This document shows positions 22,598 through 35,600 of a stretch of DNA of 64,000 nt, piece after piece. The stretch spans positions 2,604,001 to 2,668,000 of the forward strand of contig CM030335.1 of NCBI GenBank assembly GCA_017654855.1, given 5' to 3'. Positions within the stretch are counted from its first letter, which is position 1; each line of letters begins with the position of its first letter. This DNA comes from Podospora anserina (Eukaryota). Made by a program: the position numbers and the translations under genes. Under the pieces are notes generated by a model, which did not search any database, was not told the DNA's origin, and worked only from the letters and a program-made list of their open reading frames with translations.

Positions 22598-25500
22598 AGA
22601 AAGAGGGGCAAATCCGGATGCGGTAGAGGTGTGGAAAAGCTTGTACACATAGTGTGGGGGAAACAACAGCGCTGATTTATACAAGGTGTTGGTTTATGTG
22701 AGGCAGAACATTGTGTTTATCGGGATATCAAAAAACCCTTCCAAAGTGCCACAACTGCCCTCCCTGTAAAATGATCAAGTTGGAGACTTTTGTTTCTCTG
22801 ACGTGTTCCATCATCTCCTGTTCCATTAAGTGTAGTTCATCAGCAAGCTAATGAGAGGAAATGGTGTGATTACAGTGGCCAAGGAAAAAGCGAGGCCCGA
22901 AGTCTGCCTCAAGGATTGTGACATCTTGAGAGTGTATCAATCGTACGATTCCAAGAAGATCATCAGGCGTACGGGAAAACTAGATATACTTTGATTACTG
23001 CAGCGGTGACCTGGTCACGGTAAGACTGTCAGGTTAAAACTGGCCAAGAATAATCTTCAGCTTTTCTCTCGTCCTTCTTTTTTGACGTCTGAGCCCTAAG
23101 GTACGTGACTGCATATCCTTTAATGGTCTTTCAACTTGTAGAATGATATGTCATGAAAAATGATGGAACGATGCCAGAAATCTATTAGGTACCAAGCATG
23201 AAAAGCTCCATCATTGACCCGACCCACGCGTACAGGACCTACGACCAAAAGACTTTAATAACCAAGAGTATGTCGCGACAAGTCTAAAATGTGAGTTTCT
23301 AAATGCCACAAAACTGAAAGAGGGGGCGAGTTTATCAACACCGAGTACGGTTGCATGGTGACATGGTACCGCTCGAGTCGGGAACACACCGGGTTGGCCT
23401 GCAAAGCTGTTTGATGGTTAATGTATTAGGTCAACCATGATAGATTTCAATCAGCCCCAGCACCTTCATCACAAGATCCTTGTGGTTAAATGGTACGGGT
23501 ATTAGGGCTGACCGTTCGATTCCTCGCAAAACCCTATACGACTGGGTTTTCGGCACCTGCCCTCGAGGGGCAGGTGAGCTTTTGCCTTTTTTCCTTAGTT
23601 TATATTTTCTAATTTTTGTTCTCTTGTCTCTCACTATACACTCCTTGCTGTCTTTGAAGTCGATGTAGAAAAGGTTGGGTTTGAAAGCTATATTTTCAGG
23701 GGCTGTTTTGAATGATTACAGGAAAAAAGAAGAACAACAACACACCACACTGCGACTCAAGTGCGAGAAATATTTTGATGCGAGAGATCATGCAGCCTAT
23801 ACTCTTTTGATTGATTCAGTCTTGTATGTCTAAAAGCAATCAATGACTAAGGCAAGTGAGTTTCGCCCTTCACCAGAAGGCGTCTGGTATATACTTGCAG
23901 CAGACTTTAGAAAGGATCGTCCTGATAGTAGCTTTGCTCCGGATATTACTTCTTTTACCCACTTATCATATGAAATAACTTGAACCCTGCAAAGTCGAGT
24001 TGTCGATGAGCTTCATGTATTGACTCCTATCTTTGGTTTAGCACTTCCAACGAGCTTGATTTTGATTTTGACTTGTATCTGGCTCAAGCAGAATGGAAAG
24101 TCGGGTGTGTCTGGCCATAGGAACCCTAGATATAATAGGGACGATTGTTGTCTTTACACCATGAGTGGTAAAGCTCCCAAGTCGTCGATATTTTGGACTT
24201 GAAATGCCGTAAAGAGATAGTCTTGAACAGACACTTTCATTTGATGAAGGAAGTATAGTTTATGTTTCAGTGTCTTAATTCCGGCTATAGCTAACTTAGA
24301 TACTTCATCGCGGTCATTGCCATGGACGACCAGGTTTGAATGAACTAAGTCGACCATTTGGCTTAGAGATCTGGACTAGCAGACATGTATATTTCTCGAC
24401 CCGTATTCAGAACCCATCAAAGAACTCTCAACTTACTTTGGAGATAGGAAGCCATGAGATGAGTAGCCCACATGTCAGATTGCTTTCCTACATCTACCCT
24501 CTCTCTTTTCATCGACATGGCATCCAGATAGAATGCGTCGACCATGTGATGGTGGTCCCCTAGGTACACAGCCATGATCCTGATGCTTCGATCATGATAT
24601 CCTCTTTGAGATTTCATCCACATATGACATGTCGCACTCCGCAGTACAACGCTCGCTCTTGGCCCCCAAAGCTGCTCGCACTCGCTTGTGGTCTTTTTGA
24701 AGCTTGATTTCCGATGCTACCCGGTTCATGCTCCCGTCATCCACTCTCTATGTGGATCAGAAGTCACCACGTCACGGTTGCAAATGTTGACCATCGCGAA
24801 CTGGTGGTCAGTGTTGCAAACGGCTCTTGAAAGCTCCCTAGTGGCGGGCAAATTCCTTGAAACAAATTTCCGAGACGATATCGATCGATTCTTGTTGCCA
24901 ATCACCAGTTCTCACTGCCCATCAAGACGGCACTTTCTTGAAACTGGCGCAACATAGGGCAGGGTTCAGGGCTGAAAGCGCGCGGGTTGTGTCCTTGAGG
25001 GGACGTGGAAGCAACCCAAGACAGGGTGTGAAATGAGGGCCAATGAACACCCGGTCTGTGCGAGATGACACTGGCCAGCAGGTGTCAAGAGACAAGCTCC
25101 CACTGCGACGCTTGGCAACGACTCTTCAGAGTCTCGTCACCGACCAAAGGAGTTGCACGGTGAACAAAGCTGTCTGGAAAGGGAAGACACCACCCGAATC
25201 CGATCTGCGGGGCAGGGCCCTGGCCGATTTGTTGTTTCTTGACACCTCAACTGTTTCCGTGCCACCCTTTCACACCCTCCCCTCGTCCGGTTATACACTA
25301 CTACAGTACTACGACACTGCCAGTTACCACATCAGAGACCATGTCAATAGCTCCTAGTCTGTCTCTGCAAGGCCCTCGGGAGAAGGGAACCAGAGCCCTC
25401 ACCCAACCTACCTACACTCGGGCTCCAAACATAGCGATTGCTTGCGAGCCCTGTCTTGGCTGCCACTGACCTAACGACCCTTGTCTTCCCTCGACTCCCT

Positions 25501-27118
25501 CGACTCTGACAGTCTGACAGATGCAAACAATACTGGCCCGTCACAAAGGAACCACAAATGAAGACATTTGGTTACTGACTGCAAAAGACTGAACGGGTTT
25601 GGCCTGCAGCTTGTTCAAGTGCCTGCATACGCGAGCGTAGCCAACTTGGACTCTCGGCATCGTTCAGGACCTCGAAGCAGTCCTAATTCGGACTTATGCT
25701 GGCGAGGGCTGCGTGCCAAAGCCAGATCGGGACACCAGGCCTGCGAGCTCGGCCCATCTCACGCCAAATCATAGTTGAGGTGGCAAGACGATAGTCCTTC
25801 GCCGTAACGCTCGCCTTCGCCATCGCCCACGATGTCACTGCGGCACGCAACAGCTTAGACTACCCAAGGCAGGGAACGGGGAAGACACGCATACGGCCCT
25901 CCGTTTCACACGGCTACCACATCCTCGTGTCTATGCGACCTTGAATGCGACTCCATCGAGGGGGAAAAGACCAGAGACGACAGATGTCAACCATCGAGTA
26001 CACGGCCCTTTGAAGAATGTTCACATTCGGTTCCTCAGTCAGGGCCAATGTCGGATGCCAGTTCGGTTCCGACACCCAGGCTTGTTATCTCTCTAGGACC
26101 TTTATTGAACGAGTTTCGCTACTTGAACTCAGCTGGTGAAAGATGACCAGGGTTTTTTATATTGAGGTCCGATGCTGGTGGGTTCGATACGGGATGATAC
26201 GCGCAAACCCGGATCCTTTCGCTGACATACGGCTGCCGACCGGCACTCATCCGCACACCTACTACACCCACTTCCAGTTATCAAGTCAGTGAGTGCTTGC
26301 TGACATCGGCCACTAGAGGAAGGACCCATCACGAGAGGGTGTGAAGAAGACGGTCGGTGATGGGCCATCGAGGAGCCTCACAGCGTCCTCGCCATGTTCC
26401 TGCTCACCCACGCCGCTGCGTAAAGCCGCCCGACAGGTCCGGTCAACTTTCTCCGCACGACGACATCAGTATTTCCCCTCATTCATCATCCAACAAGCCC
26501 TCTTGTCTTCTCCTTACCCACCGCTCACCCTCCACCGTTGAAGATGTGCAGGAACGTTATCTATGGACATCCCATTTCGGGTAGCCACATGACTCAATGT
26601 CCTCCAATCCCTTCATATACAGCTCCAAGCACTCATCTCGAATGTTTACAATCGGACACGGTGATGCTAAATTTACCTGATTCAACATGCGGTCCCTGCA
26701 CAGCCGATAGTGAAGAGTGGAGAGACGATGTTCACCACCTGGCAGATTGGCAAGGAGTGTGTGGTGTGCCGTTAACATCGGGTCCAACCTCCTCTCCCGC
26801 CAAAGCGGCCAGGGGTCGAGCTCTCCACCTTCAACGAGCTCCGTGTGCCGCTGTTACATCGCGTCATGACCGCAGAAAAAGCCCAATCACGGTTGCCGAA
26901 CTAGGCCCCCCTCAACCCCTCGCCTTCCACCGTGCCAGAGGAACCAGTAAGGCAGAGCCGGCAGGCTTGTCTCTTGTTCATCTGACCTATTTCACTGCGA
27001 CCGAGAGGGTGAGGACAAGGGAAGTTCCGTGTTTGCACTTGATGACGAGTGGGTGATGAGGTCACGGGCAAGCAATGATGTGGGGGGTTAGCTGTTTCTT
27101 TCTTGGTGTCTTCTTCTT

Positions 27119-27145
27119 CTTGTTGTTGTTGTTGTTGTTGTTGTT
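27119..27145. repeat. (TTG)n microsatellite preceded by (TTC)n
   Basis: Directly visible tandem triplets. Confidence 0.8.
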
Positions 27146-29197
27146 TCTATTTTTCACAGTCTACGAGTTCATTCGTTGGTCCGGTCTGGTCCGGTGAAAA
27201 CCAACAGGTTTATTGACAGCTAGGCAGCCCGATCCGTCATCCAAGTACCGGCCCCTGTCCAGAACTGGTCCGGTCGGGTAAGATGCTAGTTTTTCTAGCC
27301 CCTTGTCTTGACCGTTGCGTTGCAACGGCTTTTTTGATTCGTCTATCTACTAAGCCTTTTCCAGGTTGGTGTCGATACTAGTCAGCAAGCCAGCCATCAA
27401 CCATCAACTGCCCCATGTTCGGTACCAGAAGTGATCACTCCCCACACTTCACCCGTCATCAGGTGTGATATGGTCCGAGACACATCAACAACAATTGGGC
27501 TTGGAACGAAACCTCTCGCCCAAGATTCAACATATTTAGGGTCCGATTTTGCATGCCTAGACGGCTTTATCGATTGACGTTTACTTGGCACCAAGGTTTT
27601 CACCTGTGTCCTTTCCCTTCTTGTTGTGCTTCGGTCGGTGTTTACGGCATTCGGCCTCATTTCTGCTGGCTCGCTGTGACGGCCATGCAAGCCATGCCGG
27701 CTTAGCTTTCTCCGCCGTTGGCATGAAAACGAAGAGTCAAACTCCAAGGAGATACAGGAGCACGGCGGACCGCGACGGGCGGAGAAAAGGGCTTAGGTTC
27801 ACCTCCAGTGTAGCATCAATCCAGTGATGATGTCAGCCTGGGCGGTGTTTTTCTTCTTTCCCTTCCCCTTTGGCTTTCTTATCCGCTCGCTTTTGGTAGC
27901 CTTCTGCTGCGTGGAAAGGGTGCGTCTCCAAATTAACCAGCAAATCAGTGGATTTCAGGTTACTTTGAATGGGAGAGTGTGATGATTACCACGTGGTTTT
28001 TAGATTGAAAATGAGGAGTCGAAAACCAGAAATAGGAGGCGAGACGTGGCACTGGGATCGTCTATTTTCTGGTTTGGGAGGAGGAAGGGGGAAAAAAGAG
28101 GAGGGACCTGAATCCTGATGGATGTGGTTTTGGGGATTTTTTTAATATGGGAGGTGGCGAAGTTGGGGGATCAAAATGGTTCTGGAGTATGATTTCTCCT
28201 TGGAAAGCCTGGAAAGTAGATTTTGTGCGACTGATCGTCTTCAGGGTCGGGAGAAAGGGATAGACGTGGATTGACATTTGGAGAGTTACAGTGAAGTGTA
28301 ATGTTTGGTTGTCTTGAGAATCTTTGAAGATCTCTTTTTGGCTCCCACATTCCGTTGCTCTCCGCGGGCGGCTCGGGGCTCTTGGGGTTTGATTGGGTGG
28401 CACACCTGAGGGTGAAAACAAGTAATTGTCTCTGTTGTGTCATGAAAGTCTTCAGGGAGTAGCCTCTCTTCAGTGTTTTCAAAGGAGCTCGTATGCCAGT
28501 AGGCATGCCTGTGCTGGCTGACTCGGTAACGATACGCACGGCTCGCTTGGTCCGAGTTCTATCATGTGTCACATCTCTAGATCAGTGGAAGGTGAGACAA
28601 TTCTTAAATCAACGTCATCAATAGACTCAGAATGCTTTTACGTTCGAAGAGTATTGAGTATCTTCGATCGATGTCTGAGAAGACACCGTTGTCCCCAAAG
28701 AACTTTCTCTTCAAGGAACTCGTAAACACTCACGACATCTGACACCTCTTGACACCTCAGTTGGCACTTTTGACAGCCGCTCTGACTGACAGACACATTT
28801 CCTAACCAGCGAGGCAGGCCACCCCAGAAGGGGAAGGTATATCAACACCGGTATAGCGCCAACCGCACCTCCGCAATTTCCAGATTCAAACATCTATCTC
28901 ACCTGTCATTGCACCGCATAACTTTTTTTTTTCGTTGTGTGCATGTGTTCAAGATCCTTTTATGAATTGAACACCCAAAAGCCTTGCTGGGCTGCCTCCC
29001 TGGAACCCAAAAATACCATTTCGCCACTTTTTACTAATGGGCAAGGGAGGGGAAGGGGGTGCGCGTCTATTCCTGGCAGGATTCATATGGGCGGCAACGG
29101 GAAGGGACAAGCGACAAGCGGCGCTAGATAAATTAATTGGCAAAAAAGTTTCATGCTCAGCAAGAAGACCGAAAAATGAGAAAAAGGCAAATGCCGC

Positions 29198-29339
29198 TCG
29201 GTACCTGTCAACTCCGAGTCCAGAGGGAGGGAGATAATCATGGATGTCAAGAATATTCCAAAAAGGGGACCATAAGGGCGGTATATTCCCCCCCCCCCCT
29301 TTCGGCCCCCTTCGGTACCTCTCAACTCCGAGTGTAGAG
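29198..29339. repeat. Imperfect 28-bp direct repeat pair, each containing TCGG-N12-CCGA
   Basis: tcggtacctgtcaactccgagtccagag (29198-29225) versus tcggtacctctcaactccgagtgtagag (29312-29339), 25 of 28 identical. Confidence 0.85.
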
Positions 29340-31699
29340 ATCACCCCTTGTTGGGGAATGTTTTGTTTTAACGGGAAATGCACGCACTACCGCTGTACCA
29401 TTAGTTCGTTGCCAGACGTTGCCATTGTCCTGCAGTAGCCTCATGGACAAGGGTGGGGGGTTGAATGTCTGTTCAAGGGTCAGCGAGTTGTAGCAGCAGG
29501 TTCACCACAGGTAGTATACAATTGTTAGTGTAGGCACCGAGCAAGAAGGATGCCCTCCCCTGAAGAACTTGCAGTCATAGACCGGTGAGCTCCCCGTTGT
29601 CATTTCTTGCCAATCACAGCTTGGGAACTGGTCCAGTTTTGGCCCGGCACTGAAGCCCCGGATCTCCTTCTCACCGGTGATAACGTTTCTCTATCCTGCA
29701 CTAGGTATGAGGCTGGGCTGGGATCTGAGTTTTGTCTGCCCTGCTGCTGCCAGGGCAGGGGGGGGCCTGATCGAGGTGTTTTTGTACGGCCAGGGGTGAA
29801 CTGAGTAGAGGAGGTGCGTTCTGGCCAACTATCTTCAACGTCTTTTTAGCAGTGTCCAGAATCCTTCCTGCTATCCCCAAAGAAGGCGTGTCGTAACGAA
29901 GCGTAAACAGCCAAAAGACGTAGTAAGGGGGGGACCGAGCGTAGGTAGGTATGCAGGCCTGCACATGTGGCGTGCCTGTCTGGACGTTTACTCCTGTCCC
30001 TTATTCCTAAATCGGACCTCCTATCTTACAGACATCATCGGCTTGTCTCTTTGGCACTGAGTACAATAACAAAACGCCCTACATCCTCACCACCACCATT
30101 AGCTGTGAAGAGACGGAAAAGAGAGTGTGTGTCTGTGCGCGTGCATCGTGGGGGGGGATATCAAAAAACTTGGTAGCGAAGCCCAACCTGCTGCTGCCGG
30201 ACAGGTAGGGAAGCAGAGCAAGCAAGCAAGCAACCTTTCTCAACGACCGACCTGCCTTTGTCAGCGCTGCCACTCTCCTGTGAGAAAAGTGGCGATGGGG
30301 TTGCTTACTACAACCACTTAATGCGTTTCAACACACACCTGTCTAATCTGCATGCATTCTGCAGCTAGAAACCAGCAAGATCGGAAAGCACACACACACA
30401 CACATACACGGATGGTTGTTCTCCAATACTCTCTCTCAACTTGTTGTAGTGTTGTGCGTATGCCGCCCTAGCAAGGAAAAAACCACGTGTGTATCTCTGA
30501 TGAGCCGTTGACGTTGCCGTTGGCGTGTGGCTGCATCGGGTCTTCTCGTGCAGCGAGCGATACCTGAAACATGCAGGCTTGATGGGAAGGCAAAGCAAAA
30601 CAGGCAGAATATGCACAAGGACTGATACGAGGCTATAGTGTAGTGTAGGTATATCTTAGAACTACTAAATTATGATGATATCGACAATCCTTTTCTTCGC
30701 TGGAGGATTTGCTGCCATAGTACCTAGTGACAAGCATTCACGTTGTCATCATCCGCTATGGACGTGCACACATCCATCATATTCGACTCTGATATATGCG
30801 TACCATTGAAAAACACCCTCCATCATATCATCCAGACTGCCCTGCCCGTTCAGATTGCAAATGGCCAGGCATTCCCCAGATATTTGCTTCTCCAACTGCT
30901 GCGCTGCAATTCATCGCCCCCCAGTCATCGCATCCTGCTTTTCTTCTCCCATGGTTGTAACTGCTGGGGGTAATCTCTGGGGAAGGAAGGGACATCTGTT
31001 GCGGAGGCGGCACTGCCAGCCGAAAGGGCCGGCCGGAAAAGCGGGAACCACAACCAGACCAATCTTCTTCTTGGTTTTGGGTGGTGTGAGAGTGGGAAAA
31101 ACGCAACGCCTTCCTGCTTTTGTTGGAGGGTGCTGGATTCGACTGGTCCAGACAAGTCTATAACATCCATTTGATAAGGACGTGCGCACGCACACCTTCC
31201 CACCACCGTTCCACCCCAAGCCTTCATCGCTCCGATGTTACCCTGATGAAAGAAGAACAAAAAAAAAGCTTGGCTTGGCTGATCAGATTTTGACACCTCT
31301 TTCACACAAAATCATTGATATATGTCAAATTCTGGGTTGCCTGGTGAGGGAGCAAGAGTGTTTGGGGGAGAGAAGAGTAGTGGGTGGTTGGTCTCCCCTG
31401 AAGAGCCCATGCTCAGGTCCAAACTACCACCAGCACAAAGGAGTCAAAGGAGCAGCGTGAAGACGGAGCGAAGAAGAAGTGCCGTGCAACAGCAAGTAAC
31501 TCAAACAAAGATCAAACCCAAAAGTGGGAATAAGGGGGGGTGAGGGAAGGCGTCTGAGCAGGACCCCCCCTCCAGGGCGATGATGGCCAATGGTAAAAGT
31601 AAACAAATCCGTCATCTGGCACTGCCACCGACGTTGAGATAAACTCTGTATCCCATGGTCTGTATTTTCACCTCCTCTTTTGCTGCAATGCATAGACGA

Positions 31700-32620
31700 C
31701 TTGCCTGCTGTGCCTGACTTTCACGGGTCTAGACAACGCCACCAACATAACCGGCACGATCTGGCCGGCTTTGCACGAGGAGGTCGCCCTGATTGATCAC
31801 AAGAAACTCAAGATAGTGGGCATATCGGCAGAGATAGCCGACTGTCAGATGAGATCGAGCCATGTGGGTGAGGGGCCTGAGAGGAGTGGTGGACCATGGA
31901 CGAGAGAACCCAAGCTCTTCGCCAACTTGGGTTCGGGGAGATGTCCGAGATGATGATAGTCAGGCTGCTGGTGATGAGTTCACCATTGTCGACCGAGATA
32001 TCGAGGGCCTGGCCAAGCTGCTGAAGGACCATTGGTGTCGAACTGGCACCAATGATGAGCTATTTCGGTGCAAGATTGCTCCGCCAAAGCTTTTGTGGTG
32101 CTGTTGGGATGACACAATCGGGCCAAATGAGACCGACTGGCATGAAGGCCAGCCCGGATCCAGTGAGCATCTTCGCCTCATCAACTTCGCGGCCTTCTCT
32201 GCCAAGTTCAGGGGTGCTGGGAATGCGGTGAAGGGCGCACCTTCGGCGGCATGGTTGGAATATGCCATTATATCCACAACCCGGAGAACGAGATAGTGAT
32301 GGAGATGGACCTTTGATGGAGCCCGGAACCCTGCGCTCAAGAATAAGCACGGCGGGCCACACGCAACATCCAGCGGTGCGGTCACCATGTCCAGAAAACT
32401 CATTCGCCTCTCTGATAATCGCCACCACCGTATCTCACTTGCTAAGTCCACCACGCAAGCAAGGTGTCGTCTTACAGCTATACCCACAAGAGCCTCAAGA
32501 ATATATCGATGTTGCAATGCAGGACCGCCCCGTCACCCCTATACATGGCGATATTTTTGGCTCCCTAGATGAGCGGTATTTTGGACGCGAGGCGGGTAGT
32601 AAACCGCGGGACGCAAATTA
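31700..32620 (+). pseudogene. Frameshifted relic resembling a DUF3632-family fungal protein
   Basis: Ordered fragments in different frames: IWPALHEEVALIDH, LWCCWDD, LINFAAFSAK...LEYAI, and SLDER followed by a shifted FWTR. They resemble, from memory, the DUF3632 pattern LNLNAF.A...YAIW...SxERWxFW. Confidence 0.45.
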
Positions 32621-35600
32621 ACTCGCACAAGCAGAATCAGCAAGGCCAAGACGAACAGCCAACGAGGCAGACACTCGCTCATTCAGATCGGGGACGCACC
32701 CTCGATGACTTTGAAATGCCCAGCAATAAGATGAGCGGCAAGTCGAGTGGGCAACCGAAGGACGACGACCTCTTGGGTAGACGAGATTGCCCAGCATGAA
32801 GGTTGTGCCGTAGGCGAGAGAAGAGGCCTCGGCTTTGGGAAAGTCGGTACCGGAATCGTTGATGGACTCTTTGTTCTTTTCCCCAGGCTCTGCTGAATCA
32901 CAGCTCAGTGACCCCGATATAGGCGGGAAGGGCCTTGAGTGTGGCCAGTATAAGGCCGGCCAGCAGCAAGTCCTAGAGTGCGGAGCGATACCACCTCCGT
33001 AGGCAAGCCGGGGGAGAGGCATTCAGACTGTCTTTGCCATGGCCACCATCCCAGGCCGTTCCGTGGCTATGGTGCCCAGTAGTATATCGTATGTTCCACG
33101 GAATGGATACCCTGGTTCGAATAAGGATTGCTGACTCTTTCAGAATGGATCCAACTGTTTTTTGTTAGCTCCATTGTCAGATCAACTGACTGTTGTAATG
33201 TGTTGCAAGCCCGGCATAAGCCCCGTTCAGGGATAGAATATAGAGCGCGGTTTCTCCAGCACTATTAGTCAATGCCCATAAATTCTTGCGATATAAAATC
33301 ATTTCGAGGCGGTGGTTTTCATCTCATCCTCGGAAGAAAGACCCTATATGCAATGCATGTACAAGGTACATGTCACGGGAGGTTGTGGTTCCGGGGGGCG
33401 AGCTTGATGAAGGACTCGAGCGTGTGTGTTTACACTGCACACTTCACAAATTTACACCAGCAGACAAGTTCCTGGCCATCGTGTGCGTGGTCTAGGGCTC
33501 AAAACTGATGCCATGAAGGGGACAACCCAGCCAAGAGTTGAGGCTCTCAGCGTAGCCAGTATGGGTCTTCTAGATGCCTTCCAGCGATCAGATCAGCCAT
33601 CTGAAACCGCAATGGCCTGGGAAGCCGACGATCACCAAACTCAGCGATCTACTCTCGACGTAAAAGCAGACTGACATCTGTCGACCGGAAGGGAGCTCGC
33701 AAATGCGGTTTCATTCGACGACGGAATCGGCGGATCCGCCCCCCTCTCGATTGTCGGCCTGTATGCCTCGGGAATGGGCACAGAGAGCGAGCAGGCATGA
33801 ACCGGGGAAGCTTGAAAGGGCGGCACGGCTAAGTCCAGCAAATGGAGGGGTTGACTGAGGCGGGTTCGAAAGTTTGATGTGGTCTTAATAGCTGTGATAT
33901 AGGTCCCAAGGGATAAGGACCCTCGTTCTCATTGGCTCCTGCAGCCCACACCCAAGGCCGAATTTGGCATGGTAAGACGTCGCACACAACTGTATTGAGC
34001 AGAGAATGCAACATGGTGGATTTCGGAGACGATAGAAGGAGGGGTAGCTGTGTTGTCGATTTTCATCCTTCATTCCTGTACTCTGCGAACGTATGCTGAC
34101 GAATCCAACGTGCATTTCGGTGGTGTGTCTCTGCCATGAGAACCCGATAGATGTCGGCCAGAAGGACGGCTCAGGTAGCCGGGCCGCCCAAGATGTATGA
34201 TGGACTCGGTATGATTCCATTGGTGGTAGCGGACGGGAAGAGGCGAGCAAGAGGACAAGCTACCTCTCCTCGCTCTCAAGGAGGGAGGAGTGATGAGCAT
34301 GAAGCTCTGCAGATCGCAGGACTCTTGTTGGAAGACAATATTTACACCTCGTTGCTTTTGTGTGTTGTCCGATAGAGGTGTGCGTGCATGGAGGGAGCGG
34401 GAGGCTGCCGATTGGAAGGGCTGCAAGCCTCGGAGAGGGGTGCTCGGTTAGATCCCACCGAAAAGCTCACTTCATTGATGCCGAACGGCAGGAAGAGGTC
34501 CCGGAGAGTTGCCGATGACTGCATTGGTATTGACGCCTTGTCCTCCATTGAAATTCCAAGTTGACATGCACTGACATGCCATCCCATCTCATCTTTGCTT
34601 GAGGTGTAGGTCTGAATCCACTCAAAGATTCCCAAAGTGGCAAGCGTGTGTCTGAGATGTCTCCCCGCAACTGGTCAAAGCTTCCCCTGTCTATGACGAC
34701 AGCTAGGGCGATTGATGAAGTTGACAGATACCTATCTCCTATCCGTATCGTGCCTATCTATCAAATCACTTCACACCTCGCGCCTGTCTTCACGAAAACG
34801 AAGGGACTTTTAGCTTATGCCAAGAGAGCAAAACGGCGCTGCCAAAGTTGTCAGGAAATCAAAGCACTGTCGTCGGCACTCGGACGGGTGACTGCAGCCG
34901 GCGGTTGAGGTGCTACAGCTGACTGCCGCCGTCAGCGTGGTTTGGTGCAGTGCGGGCTGAACGGCGCGCGTCTGTTGGTGCTGTGGAGGATGCCACCTTG
35001 AACTCCCCTAGTCGGACGGGCCTGGCACATGGGTACCAAGATTTGCATTGAAGGGTCGAACCTGTGAGCAGCAGCAACCTTCTCCAGAAAACGGCCAGAG
35101 ATGTTCCTTGGTTGACATTTGAACGGCACCCGCAGCAATCAGAAGATAAATATCAACGTCTCCGTTTGCGATAGCAACAGCAAACCAGCTTCGTTTGGAG
35201 AACGAGAACGAGGAACACACCGGTCGACGCGGCAGGATCGAGTGCGTGCGTATGCATCTCCAGCAGGGCCATTGTCAACCTGTCCCCGACCCCTGCAATA
35301 TGTCATCTGGACGGTCATCGCTTTGACCCCCTCTTGTCGAAGCTTCCTCGAGATATTCGAAAACGCCAATCATGGACCGGCGGCGGCATTGATGACATAT
35401 CATTCCATCATCAAGCCACCGCGGAACTCCAAGATCCCTCTTGGCTCACCGAGAGTCAGCAGATGCTCTGTGCCTCTGAGCTTGTTCAAAGCCTGATAGC
35501 TGGACGCGAGAACACCTCCTCCAGCTGTCGCATGCACGCTGATACGCCCCGGCACCAATTAATATAACGGCTCCTGCGAAGAGCTTGTATTGGTTCCATT

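Noticed and set aside
29198..29339. CRISPR-like repeat-spacer-repeat
   Set aside because: Only two units, eukaryotic context and no cas genes. Kept only as a possible regulatory duplication.
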